The notes under the pieces were generated by a model that was given only the letters and a program-made list of their open reading frames with translations, was not told the origin of the DNA and made no database searches. A stretch of DNA of 43,107 nucleotides from a virus (lineage: Duplodnaviria > Caudoviricetes), in the IMG/VR virus record IMGVR_UViG_3300037439_000026, positions 1 through 43,107 of that record. One strand, written 5' to 3'. Positions 35,109-43,107 of this stretch are shown here, in pieces; position 1 is the stretch's first letter; each line of letters opens with the position of its first letter. The position numbers and the translations under genes are program-made.

Positions 35109-37205
35109 TCAGGCAGCCGGACGCGTGAACGGCCACTCGTCGTTGGCGTTGGTGGCAAAGTAGTACCCGGTGTCCGGAACAGCGTGGACAGTCAGGGTGG
35201 CACCCGGGTCCAGAGCGGTCTGAGCGCCAGCCGACAGGACACTGTCGTCGGAAGCGTCCTGGTACACGACACCTTCCACGGTTGGAATAGTGACCACGCC
35301 AGTGCCCGAGACGAAGGTCGGCTTGGTCGGAACAGCCAGTTCGTTGGCCACGTCCGTCTTCTTCAGAATCAGCGCCGACTTGATCTTCACCAGTGCACCC
35401 GAGAGACGAGTCTCGTACAGGTACTTATACTGGTTGTAATCGATATCAAAATCATCGAAGAAGTTCACCTCGCCACCACGATCAGTGCCGATGTTGTAGT
35501 CCGTCAGGTTGACGATGATGCCGAAGAGATCGGTCTCGTTCTCCATCGGCTCGACCTCGACGATCTCCTTCAGCCTCATGGCCGTAGCGAGCTCGCCCAC
35601 GTTGGCCCACAGACGACGCTGCATCCCGTCCTTGGTCAGAAGCATCTCGGTGAGAACCTGCGCCGTAGTGTAGAGCGTCGGGCGACCAGTGCCCTTGTAG
35701 AAGCGAAGAGCCCGAAGAACATCCTCGACGATGGTGTTGTAGTTCGGGGTCGCGCCGATGTTGATGTTGACGGTGGTCGCGTAGAGCTCGTGCTCATTCA
35801 GGATCGAACGGATACCGCTGCCGTCCGAAGCCGCGGCGGGGTCCTTGATCTTGTCGTCGTCGTCGACTGCGCGACCGTCGCCGATCAGGATGGCCCGACC
35901 GAGCTCCTCCTTGAGCATCATCTCCATTTCCATCTTGAGCCACGCGACGACGTCGAAGTCGGTGATGTCCAGGATGTCGTCCCGGTCCAGCTTCTGCTTC
36001 TTGTAGATCGTAGTCGGGCCGGTGATCCGCTTCGAGACCCTGAAGAACTCCTCCTTCTTCAGGTTTCCCTTGACGTAACCCTTGGCGCGAGCATCATCGA
36101 AGGTCAGGTCCGCCACGAGCGACTTCACGCGCGAGAATGGGGTGTGACGTGTGCCATTGAGAACGCCAGCCACCCACTCAGTCTGCCGCTTATCAAACTC
36201 CGGCCGATCGGTGAGAGACTTGGCGTCCGGGAACAGAACATCGATGTTCTCGATGCCGTGCTTCAGAGCGTAGCCCTTCACAGCATCCTTCAGCGAGCCG
36301 CAGCTCACGGCGTCGGCGACGATGCCCTTCACGTCCTCGTGGGACAGCGAGTGCGTGTCGCTCTTGCCCTTGTCGTTGCCCGTCTCGAAGACGTTGTGGC
36401 GCATTTCGCCAGTTCCTTCCTTGTCGGTGTTGCTGTCGTCCTTGTCGTCCTTGTTGGTTCCAGACTGCTTAGCGGAACCACCCGTCTGAGTATCCAGAGC
36501 AGCACCGATCATGTAATGCACGACGTTCTTCTGCTCCTCTGTCAGGGTGTCGTAGACCTCCTGAACGGTGGCATGCTCGAGATCGCTATACATGAGATCG
36601 GTCGATGATCCGTCGTCGAGGGTGCGTGTCGAATCGTTGGATGTGGTTCGAGTCGCAACGACTTTTCCATCGACGAGATCCGTTGTGGTGGATGACGACT
36701 TCGTTGCGTAGGTTTTGACCGCGTGCTCCAGCTTTAGGCCGGTGTAGATGATCGCGGTATCGTCGGAAACCGTCACATCGTCGGGATCGTCACTGTGTTG
36801 AATCGCCACGAAGTCGATCTTGGCGCCTGGATTTGCACCAGAAAGAACCAGACTGACTTCGCGAATGACGCCATGGAGAACAGCCTTGGCGCCCTTCACG
36901 GCCTTCTCGACTAGACCATTTGCCCAAATGGACATGGAGTCGATGTCGTCGTGCTCTACCAGAGTCTTGGCGTTCTTACCCTGCTTCGTGTCGTTGAAGT
37001 ATCCATCGGCACGCATGCCATCATCGACAGCAGTCAGGAGCACATGTCCAAGAACGTTGTCAGGACTGTTGTGACCGTGTTGCCACAACAATGGGACCTT
37101 ACTGCCATCCATGTGCTTGAAGGCTTCGGGCGTGATGGTCCGACCGTCGGAGCACCGGATGCCGGCCTTGGTGGCGTAGCCGCTAAAATCAGGCTTCGCT
37201 CCCAT
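35109..37205 (-). CDS. Fused prohead protease-scaffold-major capsid protein (HK97 type)
   Basis: FSGYA, VPLLWQH, SMSIWA and IREVSLVLSGANPGA (HK97 protease); capsid domain; start at MGAKPDF. Confidence 0.9.
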   Translation of the reverse strand: MGAKPDFSGYATKAGIRCSDGRTITPEAFKHMDGSKVPLLWQHGHNSPDNVLGHVLLTAVDDGMRADGYFNDTKQGKNAKTLVEHDDIDSMSIWANGLVEKAVKGAKAVLHGVIREVSLVLSGANPGAKIDFVAIQHSDDPDDVTVSDDTAIIYTGLKLEHAVKTYATKSSSTTTDLVDGKVVATRTTSNDSTRTLDDGSSTDLMYSDLEHATVQEVYDTLTEEQKNVVHYMIGAALDTQTGGSAKQSGTNKDDKDDSNTDKEGTGEMRHNVFETGNDKGKSDTHSLSHEDVKGIVADAVSCGSLKDAVKGYALKHGIENIDVLFPDAKSLTDRPEFDKRQTEWVAGVLNGTRHTPFSRVKSLVADLTFDDARAKGYVKGNLKKEEFFRVSKRITGPTTIYKKQKLDRDDILDITDFDVVAWLKMEMEMMLKEELGRAILIGDGRAVDDDDKIKDPAAASDGSGIRSILNEHELYATTVNINIGATPNYNTIVEDVLRALRFYKGTGRPTLYTTAQVLTEMLLTKDGMQRRLWANVGELATAMRLKEIVEVEPMENETDLFGIIVNLTDYNIGTDRGGEVNFFDDFDIDYNQYKYLYETRLSGALVKIKSALILKKTDVANELAVPTKPTFVSGTGVVTIPTVEGVVYQDASDDSVLSAGAQTALDPGATLTVHAVPDTGYYFATNANDEWPFTRPAA

Positions 37206-38433
37206 TTTGACCGTCTCCCTTCCTTGTCGTTTGGGGTGTTGAAGTTGGCTCCGACGGAGCCGGCATGTTGCTGTTCCTGAGTTCATCAGCCTTCGGATCA
37301 CTCGAAGGTCGAAGACCAATCACGGAACGAATCTCGTTTGCCGACAGAATCTCGTTGCGAGTAAACTTGTCAGCAATCTCAGCGATGTCTTCGATCGGAA
37401 CCAACTTGAATGGGTTCCTAAAGTAAGCAATTGACTGACGCTGCGACCTTGCGGTCTTGGTCAAGAACGCACGCTTCATCGCTTCGGTGATCGCCGCAAG
37501 AATAGGCTCGATCGTTCGGTTGCTGTAGTTCAGCATGGCCTTCTCATCAGCCGTGCCGTTCATCACTTCTTCCGTTAGACCAAGCTGCGCATAGAGCATA
37601 CCAACTAGGTACTTGACTCGCTCCATGAGATTGTTCTCGGCAGGCCTGTTGAGCTGAGTGATCTTCTCGGCCCCGTCAGTATAGGCAATGCCGTACTGAC
37701 TGCCCTTGAGCTGGAACTCGATGTCCTTACGACGCTGCTCAGCTTGTTGTCGCCGAGTCTCAGTCTTGATGACGTATGGTAGCTGGATGATCATGTCCAG
37801 CTTCCCTGACGCTGATTGCTCATCAACCGAATCCAGTCGATTGAGTGTGCGAATCAAACGTTGAAGAGTCGAGTTTGGCTCATTCATCACAGCGTAGAGC
37901 GGATTCTCTACTATTGCAACGAACTTCTTCTCGAGAGTGATCTCTTCTCGTCGGCCCCGATCCTCGTTGTACAGACTCACTCGAACATGGCGCGGATGCC
38001 AACCAACTATCGTGCCGACACGAAGCGTCTTGATGTCGAAGCTTCCTGAGACCGAAGGGTTGATCGTAGTATCCACAGGAACAATCGCGGCTACACCCTC
38101 GCCAAATAGGGTCATGGCTATGTCCTGCCGGAAGTGCCGAGCAGCCTGATCTATGTTCGCCTCAACAGTAAGACAGTTATTAAGACCGCTATCAACATCT
38201 TCGACGTATCGATCTTTATCGTCTAGTCTTACGTGTCGAACCTCGATACCAGAAACATCGATGCTCAATCGCGTGTAGATCGAAGAGATGATGGAGCGTT
38301 CGTTTGTGATCGAAAGGCGTGTTCGATCTGGACGTCCACCGTAACTGGTTCCATAGTCATAAAGTCTACGATTTTCGTCCCAGTTAACAAACGCGTTCCA
38401 GGCGTGTTTCAATCGATCAGTAATAGCTCCCAC
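37189..38433 (-). CDS. Portal protein
   Basis: Between terminase and capsid; ILSANEIRSVIGL HK97-portal C-terminal motif. Confidence 0.9.
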   Translation of the reverse strand: MGAITDRLKHAWNAFVNWDENRRLYDYGTSYGGRPDRTRLSITNERSIISSIYTRLSIDVSGIEVRHVRLDDKDRYVEDVDSGLNNCLTVEANIDQAARHFRQDIAMTLFGEGVAAIVPVDTTINPSVSGSFDIKTLRVGTIVGWHPRHVRVSLYNEDRGRREEITLEKKFVAIVENPLYAVMNEPNSTLQRLIRTLNRLDSVDEQSASGKLDMIIQLPYVIKTETRRQQAEQRRKDIEFQLKGSQYGIAYTDGAEKITQLNRPAENNLMERVKYLVGMLYAQLGLTEEVMNGTADEKAMLNYSNRTIEPILAAITEAMKRAFLTKTARSQRQSIAYFRNPFKLVPIEDIAEIADKFTRNEILSANEIRSVIGLRPSSDPKADELRNSNMPAPSEPTSTPQTTRKGDGQNGSEA

Positions 38434-38448
38434 GATTCACCCCCTTTC

Positions 38449-40197
38449 TCATTCGAACGCCTCCTTGTTGATCTTATACGCGACCCACGCGTCCATTAAA
38501 GCGGCTACGTTGTCGATCTTCTCCTCTTGTCGCTTCTTCAGAAGCTTCCTATTGCCGTTCGTGTCTTCAATCGTGATGGCATTACCCATAGCGAACGACA
38601 TGAGTTGCTGATCAAATATCAGCAGACGCTCTTCGCTTAGGATCTTCAGTTCACCAAGAGGAACGGATTCCGTCCTGGCGCCCTGAATAACTTTCTCGAT
38701 CCCAAAGGGACCGTTCTCAGCCTCCCAGCGACTAACGAACTCCTTGGCGTTGTATGGGTCATACCCGAATGCACGAACATCATACTCAGAATCCTCAATG
38801 AACTTCTCGAGGTCGTCGTACACCTCCATCATGTTGAGGATGGTTCCCTCAAGAACATGAAGACTTCCTTCATTGATGAATTCATCGTACTTTTGACGCA
38901 TAGCTGCCTGGAGTTTGGTCAACGTCAGTGACGTAATGTAGCTCCTGGTCTTTACGCCGAATCCCCGACGAAGTGGAAAGAGGAACGTGAACGCACAGAA
39001 GTCATCGCCTTGCGAAAGGTCTGCGCCAAGAGCACAAGGCATTTGCCAGAACGTTCGTGGACGATGGGAAAGGGTTTCCTCATATGTGAAGAAGTAGGTG
39101 TACCCTTCCATAGGAATGCCGAATCGCTTAGCCAGAATATCGTTCCTGGAAGCGGGGGCCTTTTCAGCTCTCTCGACATCCAAGTGGTAGGTATCGTACG
39201 TGACCGTCTTACCAATGTTCGGTTGTGCTTTTGGCCACATTGCTGGATTGCCTACTTCTTCAATCTCATCAAGCTTGTAGTGCCAGATAGACACGTGCGG
39301 AGCCTGATACTCGCCCTTTAGAATATCAGCAAGCTCCATCTTAATCGTGTCACCAGAACCATTACGCACAGTTCCTTCTGAACTAACAGCAATGATGAGG
39401 TAATCGTCAAGTTTTGATGCACCTTGCTCAATTGCGCCGATCACGTCTTCGCGGATGTCACCGGAAAGCCACTCGTCGACCGTGGCTATCTTTGTCCTTA
39501 ACCCCTGTAGCTTGTTAATTGACATCGGGCGGACTTCGAGTAACGATCCGGTTAGAAAATTCTCGACACCCTTCTTTGTTGCTGCGAGCTTCACGCGATT
39601 AGCCCGAGAGCCAGTTGTGTTCTGAAGCGAGCCTTCAGTGAGGAACTGAAATAACGGACCTCGACTACGAGTAATCGCCGTTCGAATTGGCGACATGACC
39701 TCTTCGGCCTGCTTCATCGTGGGAGCAGTGGTGATCTGATGAGTAGTTGCTGTGTCTACGTTGAGAAAATAGCTTTGCAGACACGACTCGTAGACCGACT
39801 TGGCTGCCCCTCGAGCCACAATCAAGTATTGCTTTGTGGTAAGCCGTTTCTTGATTGTCTTAGTGACGTAATGACCCCCATGACCATCCTCGAATGGTTC
39901 ATACACACTTCGCTCAACGAAGTAGTACCATCCGAAAATTTGTTCCGACCATAACTTGAAGGTCGGTAGTAGATGTAGGTCACTACCGTCAGTAAGTGTT
40001 AGTTCGTTCTCGCAGTAAAGGATGAATCCCTCGACCGCCTGATCGTCGTAGTAGATCCTCGGGTTGGCGATGAGCGCATCGATGCGATTCATCTCCGCCG
40101 CGATTTCCCGGTTTACTGGAATCTCACCACGTAGAACCGCTTCACGAAACTGACCATAGTAGATCGGTGTCGCGGTGTTCGATAACGCCATCGCCAA
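38449..40197 (-). CDS. terL: Terminase large subunit
   Basis: VARGAAKS Walker A, VDEW Walker B, GADLSQGDD, YDPYNA and KIDNVAALMDA. Confidence 0.92.
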   Translation of the reverse strand: MAMALSNTATPIYYGQFREAVLRGEIPVNREIAAEMNRIDALIANPRIYYDDQAVEGFILYCENELTLTDGSDLHLLPTFKLWSEQIFGWYYFVERSVYEPFEDGHGGHYVTKTIKKRLTTKQYLIVARGAAKSVYESCLQSYFLNVDTATTHQITTAPTMKQAEEVMSPIRTAITRSRGPLFQFLTEGSLQNTTGSRANRVKLAATKKGVENFLTGSLLEVRPMSINKLQGLRTKIATVDEWLSGDIREDVIGAIEQGASKLDDYLIIAVSSEGTVRNGSGDTIKMELADILKGEYQAPHVSIWHYKLDEIEEVGNPAMWPKAQPNIGKTVTYDTYHLDVERAEKAPASRNDILAKRFGIPMEGYTYFFTYEETLSHRPRTFWQMPCALGADLSQGDDFCAFTFLFPLRRGFGVKTRSYITSLTLTKLQAAMRQKYDEFINEGSLHVLEGTILNMMEVYDDLEKFIEDSEYDVRAFGYDPYNAKEFVSRWEAENGPFGIEKVIQGARTESVPLGELKILSEERLLIFDQQLMSFAMGNAITIEDTNGNRKLLKKRQEEKIDNVAALMDAWVAYKINKEAFE

Positions 40198-40209
40198 CCC
40201 TCCCCTCCA

Positions 40210-40491
40210 CTAGAACAGCGGGAACCACTTCCAGGTGGGCGCCGAGCTGTGGGTGATCGCGACCGAACTACCCGGTCGAAGGATGAACATGCCAGAAGTA
40301 CGACCCACCGACTCACCATCGATGGTCACCGCGGTCACCGTGCCGCCAGTGATTTCGACCCACATGTGGAAGTCGGTTTCGTTCTCCACCGCAACCGTAG
40401 TCGCCGGAACTGCGGGCTTGTCGTACCAGTCACCATTCGGGATCCGATCCTCGGAAGCCCTCTCGGTCGTCCTGTACTGCTCGACATCCAT
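40210..40491 (-). CDS. Small beta-rich hypothetical protein (possible virion protein)
   Basis: GAGGAG RBS; lies in the head region. Confidence 0.7.
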   Translation of the reverse strand: MDVEQYRTTERASEDRIPNGDWYDKPAVPATTVAVENETDFHMWVEITGGTVTAVTIDGESVGRTSGMFILRPGSSVAITHSSAPTWKWFPLF

Positions 40492-40505
40492 CGTTGGTGT
40501 CTCCT

Positions 40506-40886
40506 CTACTTCTTCGCACTCTTAAGTGCGTTCGCGATGGCTTGAGCCGACTGCTGACGAGCGACAGTAGCCGCTTGTTCCTTCCCGATACCGAGAAGTG
40601 TAGAGGCGATCCACTGCCGAGTTTTCTCTGACGCCGACTTCGGACGAAGGCTCTCGTACTGACGCTCGAGATTCATCCTATCGATTGCAGTTCTGAGATC
40701 CTTGTTAGAGGCAACGTCAGTGGTTCTGTTTGTTCGGACTCGACCAACGACCGCCTTTGCCCGTTTGGCGTCGCCATGGGTTGGGCCCGTCGGTTGCCGC
40801 TTACGAACCCCCCATTTCATGCCTTTAGTACCGTAGTGAGCAAGAACTCTCTCTACGGCGAGACGGGAAGCGTCGGATCGATCCAT
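40506..40886 (-). CDS. HYGxKGMKWG-motif protein
   Basis: VLAHYGTKGMKWGVRK; AGGGAGG RBS before MDRSD. Confidence 0.75.
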   Translation of the reverse strand: MDRSDASRLAVERVLAHYGTKGMKWGVRKRQPTGPTHGDAKRAKAVVGRVRTNRTTDVASNKDLRTAIDRMNLERQYESLRPKSASEKTRQWIASTLLGIGKEQAATVARQQSAQAIANALKSAKK

Positions 40887-41233
40887 GCGGTCCCCTCCCT
40901 GTAAACGTTGAGACGCCATTCGAGCTCTTCGATCTGCTTCTTCATTGCCTCTTGCGCATAAGCAGTTGACGGCGGATCGAACAACATGCGTACCCGAAGG
41001 TGCATGTAGGTCTTCACGGCGTTGAGATTCGGATCGGTTCCGAGGAAGGTGTCCCACGTGGCCGAGGAATCCTCGATCTCGAACCCAGCTTCCGGTCCGA
41101 TGCCCAGTTGACTAAGCGTCGAGAAGACCGAGTTGATGTGCGTCATGATGTCGAGGTCGTACGCTGTGTACTCCTCTTCGACCCCAAGGATCTTCTTTGT
41201 ACTGGTGAGGATACTTGTCGTCACGTAGGACAC
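40853..41233 (-). CDS. Conserved protein, possible head-tail adaptor
   Basis: SILTSTKKILG..HINSVFSTLSQLG..FDPP..ELEWRL; the start may be GTG at 41224. Confidence 0.65.
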   Translation of the reverse strand: MSYVTTSILTSTKKILGVEEEYTAYDLDIMTHINSVFSTLSQLGIGPEAGFEIEDSSATWDTFLGTDPNLNAVKTYMHLRVRMLFDPPSTAYAQEAMKKQIEELEWRLNVYREGTAWIDPTLPVSP

Positions 41234-41260
41234 CCCCCTTCCATTTTGACTTGTTGGTGG

Positions 41261-42079
41261 CTACGGCTTGATGTTGTACTTGGCGAACTCGGCCCAGGTC
41301 TTCGGACCGACAATGCCATCGGCCTTGAGCTTGGAGCGACGCTGGAACTCCATCACCTTGACCTTGGTGGACGGTCCGTAGAACCCATCCCTTGCCAGTG
41401 TACTGGCGTAGAGCGGGAAGTGACGCCACAGACCGGTCTGTACTGACTTGACGTCGTGGCCCTGCATCAGCGGCTTACCCTTGACATACTCCAGGACTCG
41501 CTGAGTGACCGGCGGATTCGAAGGTTGGCCAACACCCTGAGCGACGAGCTTCTGAATGGCGGCGTAGTCGTAGCCCGCCTTCGTCAGTCGATTCTTTCGG
41601 TCCACACCATTGCCCCACTTGCCCTGCCAGACCTCAGCCGCGATCTGCTGATTAGTCTTCTTGGTTGGGTTGGACACCGGTGTCGTTACGAGAGGCGGCC
41701 TGTACGTTCCACCGAAGTGCAGCGTGTGAACATGGTCGTAGTGGTTGGACGTAGCGTTGCCACGGTCCTCCATCTTTCGACGCTGGCCGATTTGAATCGT
41801 GGTCGAGGTGATGTGTTGTTCCCAGATGACATGATGCAGCCGGAGACGAGCGCGATGCTTCCAGAGATAGTTGCGAACGAAGTCGCCGCCCGCCTCATTC
41901 CGCACCATGAGGTCGAGAGCAAGCCCGGTCGCGTGTTCCACGCTAGTGCCCATGCCCCAGATGTACCAGATCTCATGGCCAGCTTCCTTCGCTGCCTCGT
42001 AGACCTCCTGGGCAATCTTCTTTGTCTCCGGCTTGACCTTGCCGATCTTCTTACTTACAGACGCGAACGTGCTTGCCAT
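41261..42079 (-). CDS. Endolysin: zinc peptidase-like domain, Cpl-7 (CW_7) repeat and peptidoglycan-binding domain
   Basis: EHATGLALD..HYDHVH; IAAEVWQGKWGNG.DRKNRL; DGFYGPST..FQRRSKLKADGIVGPKTW. Confidence 0.85.
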   Translation of the reverse strand: MASTFASVSKKIGKVKPETKKIAQEVYEAAKEAGHEIWYIWGMGTSVEHATGLALDLMVRNEAGGDFVRNYLWKHRARLRLHHVIWEQHITSTTIQIGQRRKMEDRGNATSNHYDHVHTLHFGGTYRPPLVTTPVSNPTKKTNQQIAAEVWQGKWGNGVDRKNRLTKAGYDYAAIQKLVAQGVGQPSNPPVTQRVLEYVKGKPLMQGHDVKSVQTGLWRHFPLYASTLARDGFYGPSTKVKVMEFQRRSKLKADGIVGPKTWAEFAKYNIKP

Positions 42080-42081
42080 GT

Positions 42082-42252
42082 TCAGCCTTCCTTGGGGTTA
42101 CTTTCCTCGACCGTGAAGTCTGCCGAGGTCTCGTCGGCATCCAGATCGGCGCCTTCGAAGTCGTCCTTCTCGTGACGAGCAGGCTCGATGAACTGAACCG
42201 AAGCCGGCGACTTGGTCTCATCACCCTCGGTCGGATTCACGCGCTCAGTCAT
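42082..42252 (-). CDS. Small acidic protein
   Basis: GAGGAG RBS before MTERVNP. Confidence 0.6.
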   Translation of the reverse strand: MTERVNPTEGDETKSPASVQFIEPARHEKDDFEGADLDADETSADFTVEESNPKEG

Positions 42253-42269
42253 TCTGTTCTCCTCTCCTG

Positions 42270-42686
42270 TTACCACAACTTTGTATCGCCACGTCTACGC
42301 TCAACCAGTTGTTGAGGGAGCAATCGCTCATCTCCATAGTGAATGGCGTTGTGGGTCTTGTGTGAAACGGTGATGAGGTACTCTGGATCGATGATGTCTG
42401 GATTGCCGTGACGTAGGTCGTCCATAGTCATCGGATTCATGTGATGGATGTAGAGACCCCTATGGATTTCAAATCCTGGTACACCCAAATCACATCCGTT
42501 ATCTCGGACGATCACTACGTCACGGACGCTTCTCCACTCGCGCGAGGTATAGAACTGTTGATTGAAAATACGGTCGCTTCCGAAGGTCCTGTCTCCGACT
42601 TCACCACGGAGCGATAGGTAAGCAAACCGTTCTTCGAGGGTACCGAGCCTTCTTAGCTCGGAATATGTTCTAATCCTCGTAGCCAT
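42270..42686 (-). CDS. HNH endonuclease (packaging-associated)
   Basis: FYTSREWRSVR..VRDNGC..IHHMNP..THNAIH; near the genome end. Confidence 0.85.
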   Translation of the reverse strand: MATRIRTYSELRRLGTLEERFAYLSLRGEVGDRTFGSDRIFNQQFYTSREWRSVRDVVIVRDNGCDLGVPGFEIHRGLYIHHMNPMTMDDLRHGNPDIIDPEYLITVSHKTHNAIHYGDERLLPQQLVERRRGDTKLW

Positions 42687-43023
42687 GTGTGGGGTCCATC
42701 GGTTCGTAACCCGCGTAGCTTCGCATAGCGTTCAGAGCATTCTTGTACAACTCCTCAACGCGCTTCTGCGATTCTATCGCTTCCTTCTTGACCTTCAACA
42801 GTTCGTTCTCGTGGGTCAAACGCTCTTGCTCGAGTCGTTCGCGGGAAGAACCCAGCTTGAGATAATGACTGATGACCTGAGCCGAGGCTGTACCATCACC
42901 CAACTGCCTCTCGACGAGGTCTACGGCCAAGGAAATCAATTGTTCTTCTCGTCGCTGAGGAGTTGTGGCTGGTCTACGCCGAGTTTGTTCTTCCTCTGGT
43001 TCCTTTTCACGGCGAGAGGCCAT
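42670..43023 (-). CDS. First gene; hypothetical, possible terminase small subunit
   Basis: GAAAGGAG RBS before MASRREK; helical; position before HNH and terminase. Confidence 0.6.
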   Translation of the reverse strand: MASRREKEPEEEQTRRRPATTPQRREEQLISLAVDLVERQLGDGTASAQVISHYLKLGSSRERLEQERLTHENELLKVKKEAIESQKRVEELYKNALNAMRSYAGYEPMDPTHGYED

Positions 43024-43107
43024 ACTATCCAACTCCTTTCGCACTAGTTCCGACCCGGTAATTGACGGAAAAGTTGTCCGAAAACTTCCCCCGGAGCATT
43101 TTTTTAG

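Noticed and set aside
35010-36608. Long plus-strand ORFs (532 aa here; also 11422-12561 and 18489-19511)
   Set aside because: Antisense shadows of codon-biased minus-strand genes, with no recognisable motifs
1-43107. Integrase, repressor, reverse transcriptase or DGR
   Set aside because: No such motifs were recognised in any ORF

Overview
The window looks like an essentially complete, lytic actinobacterial siphovirus genome with every credible gene on the minus strand. Its layout resembles the Arthrobacter AM/AU/AW, Streptomyces BI, Rhodococcus CC and Gordonia DJ phage group (recognised from memory, not from a search). In gene order, from 43 kb downwards: HNH, endolysin, terminase, portal, fused protease-major capsid, tail genes, tape measure, holin, an accessory region of small membrane-protein cassettes, a helicase-primase-PolB fusion, a cluster of candidate anti-defence proteins, SSB, SF2 helicase, nucleases, and an 886-aa terminal protein. 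I saw no integrase, repressor, tRNA or CRISPR array. The main finding is a possible self-contained transcription system. (1) The 886-aa protein carries the catalytic motifs of a single-chain two-barrel (YonO/eukaryotic RdRP-like) RNA polymerase fused to several HTH domains. (2) Its N-terminus shares an LAHYG..WG motif with a head-region protein, and LxH sites recur in the portal and capsid, suggesting it is packaged in the virion. (3) Five copies of a fixed-spacing non-canonical promoter (TCGCA-N7-CRNG-N3-TRTART-GAGACCC) each head a single gene followed by a hairpin. Two candidate structured RNAs are also present. All family assignments come from motif recognition by eye.
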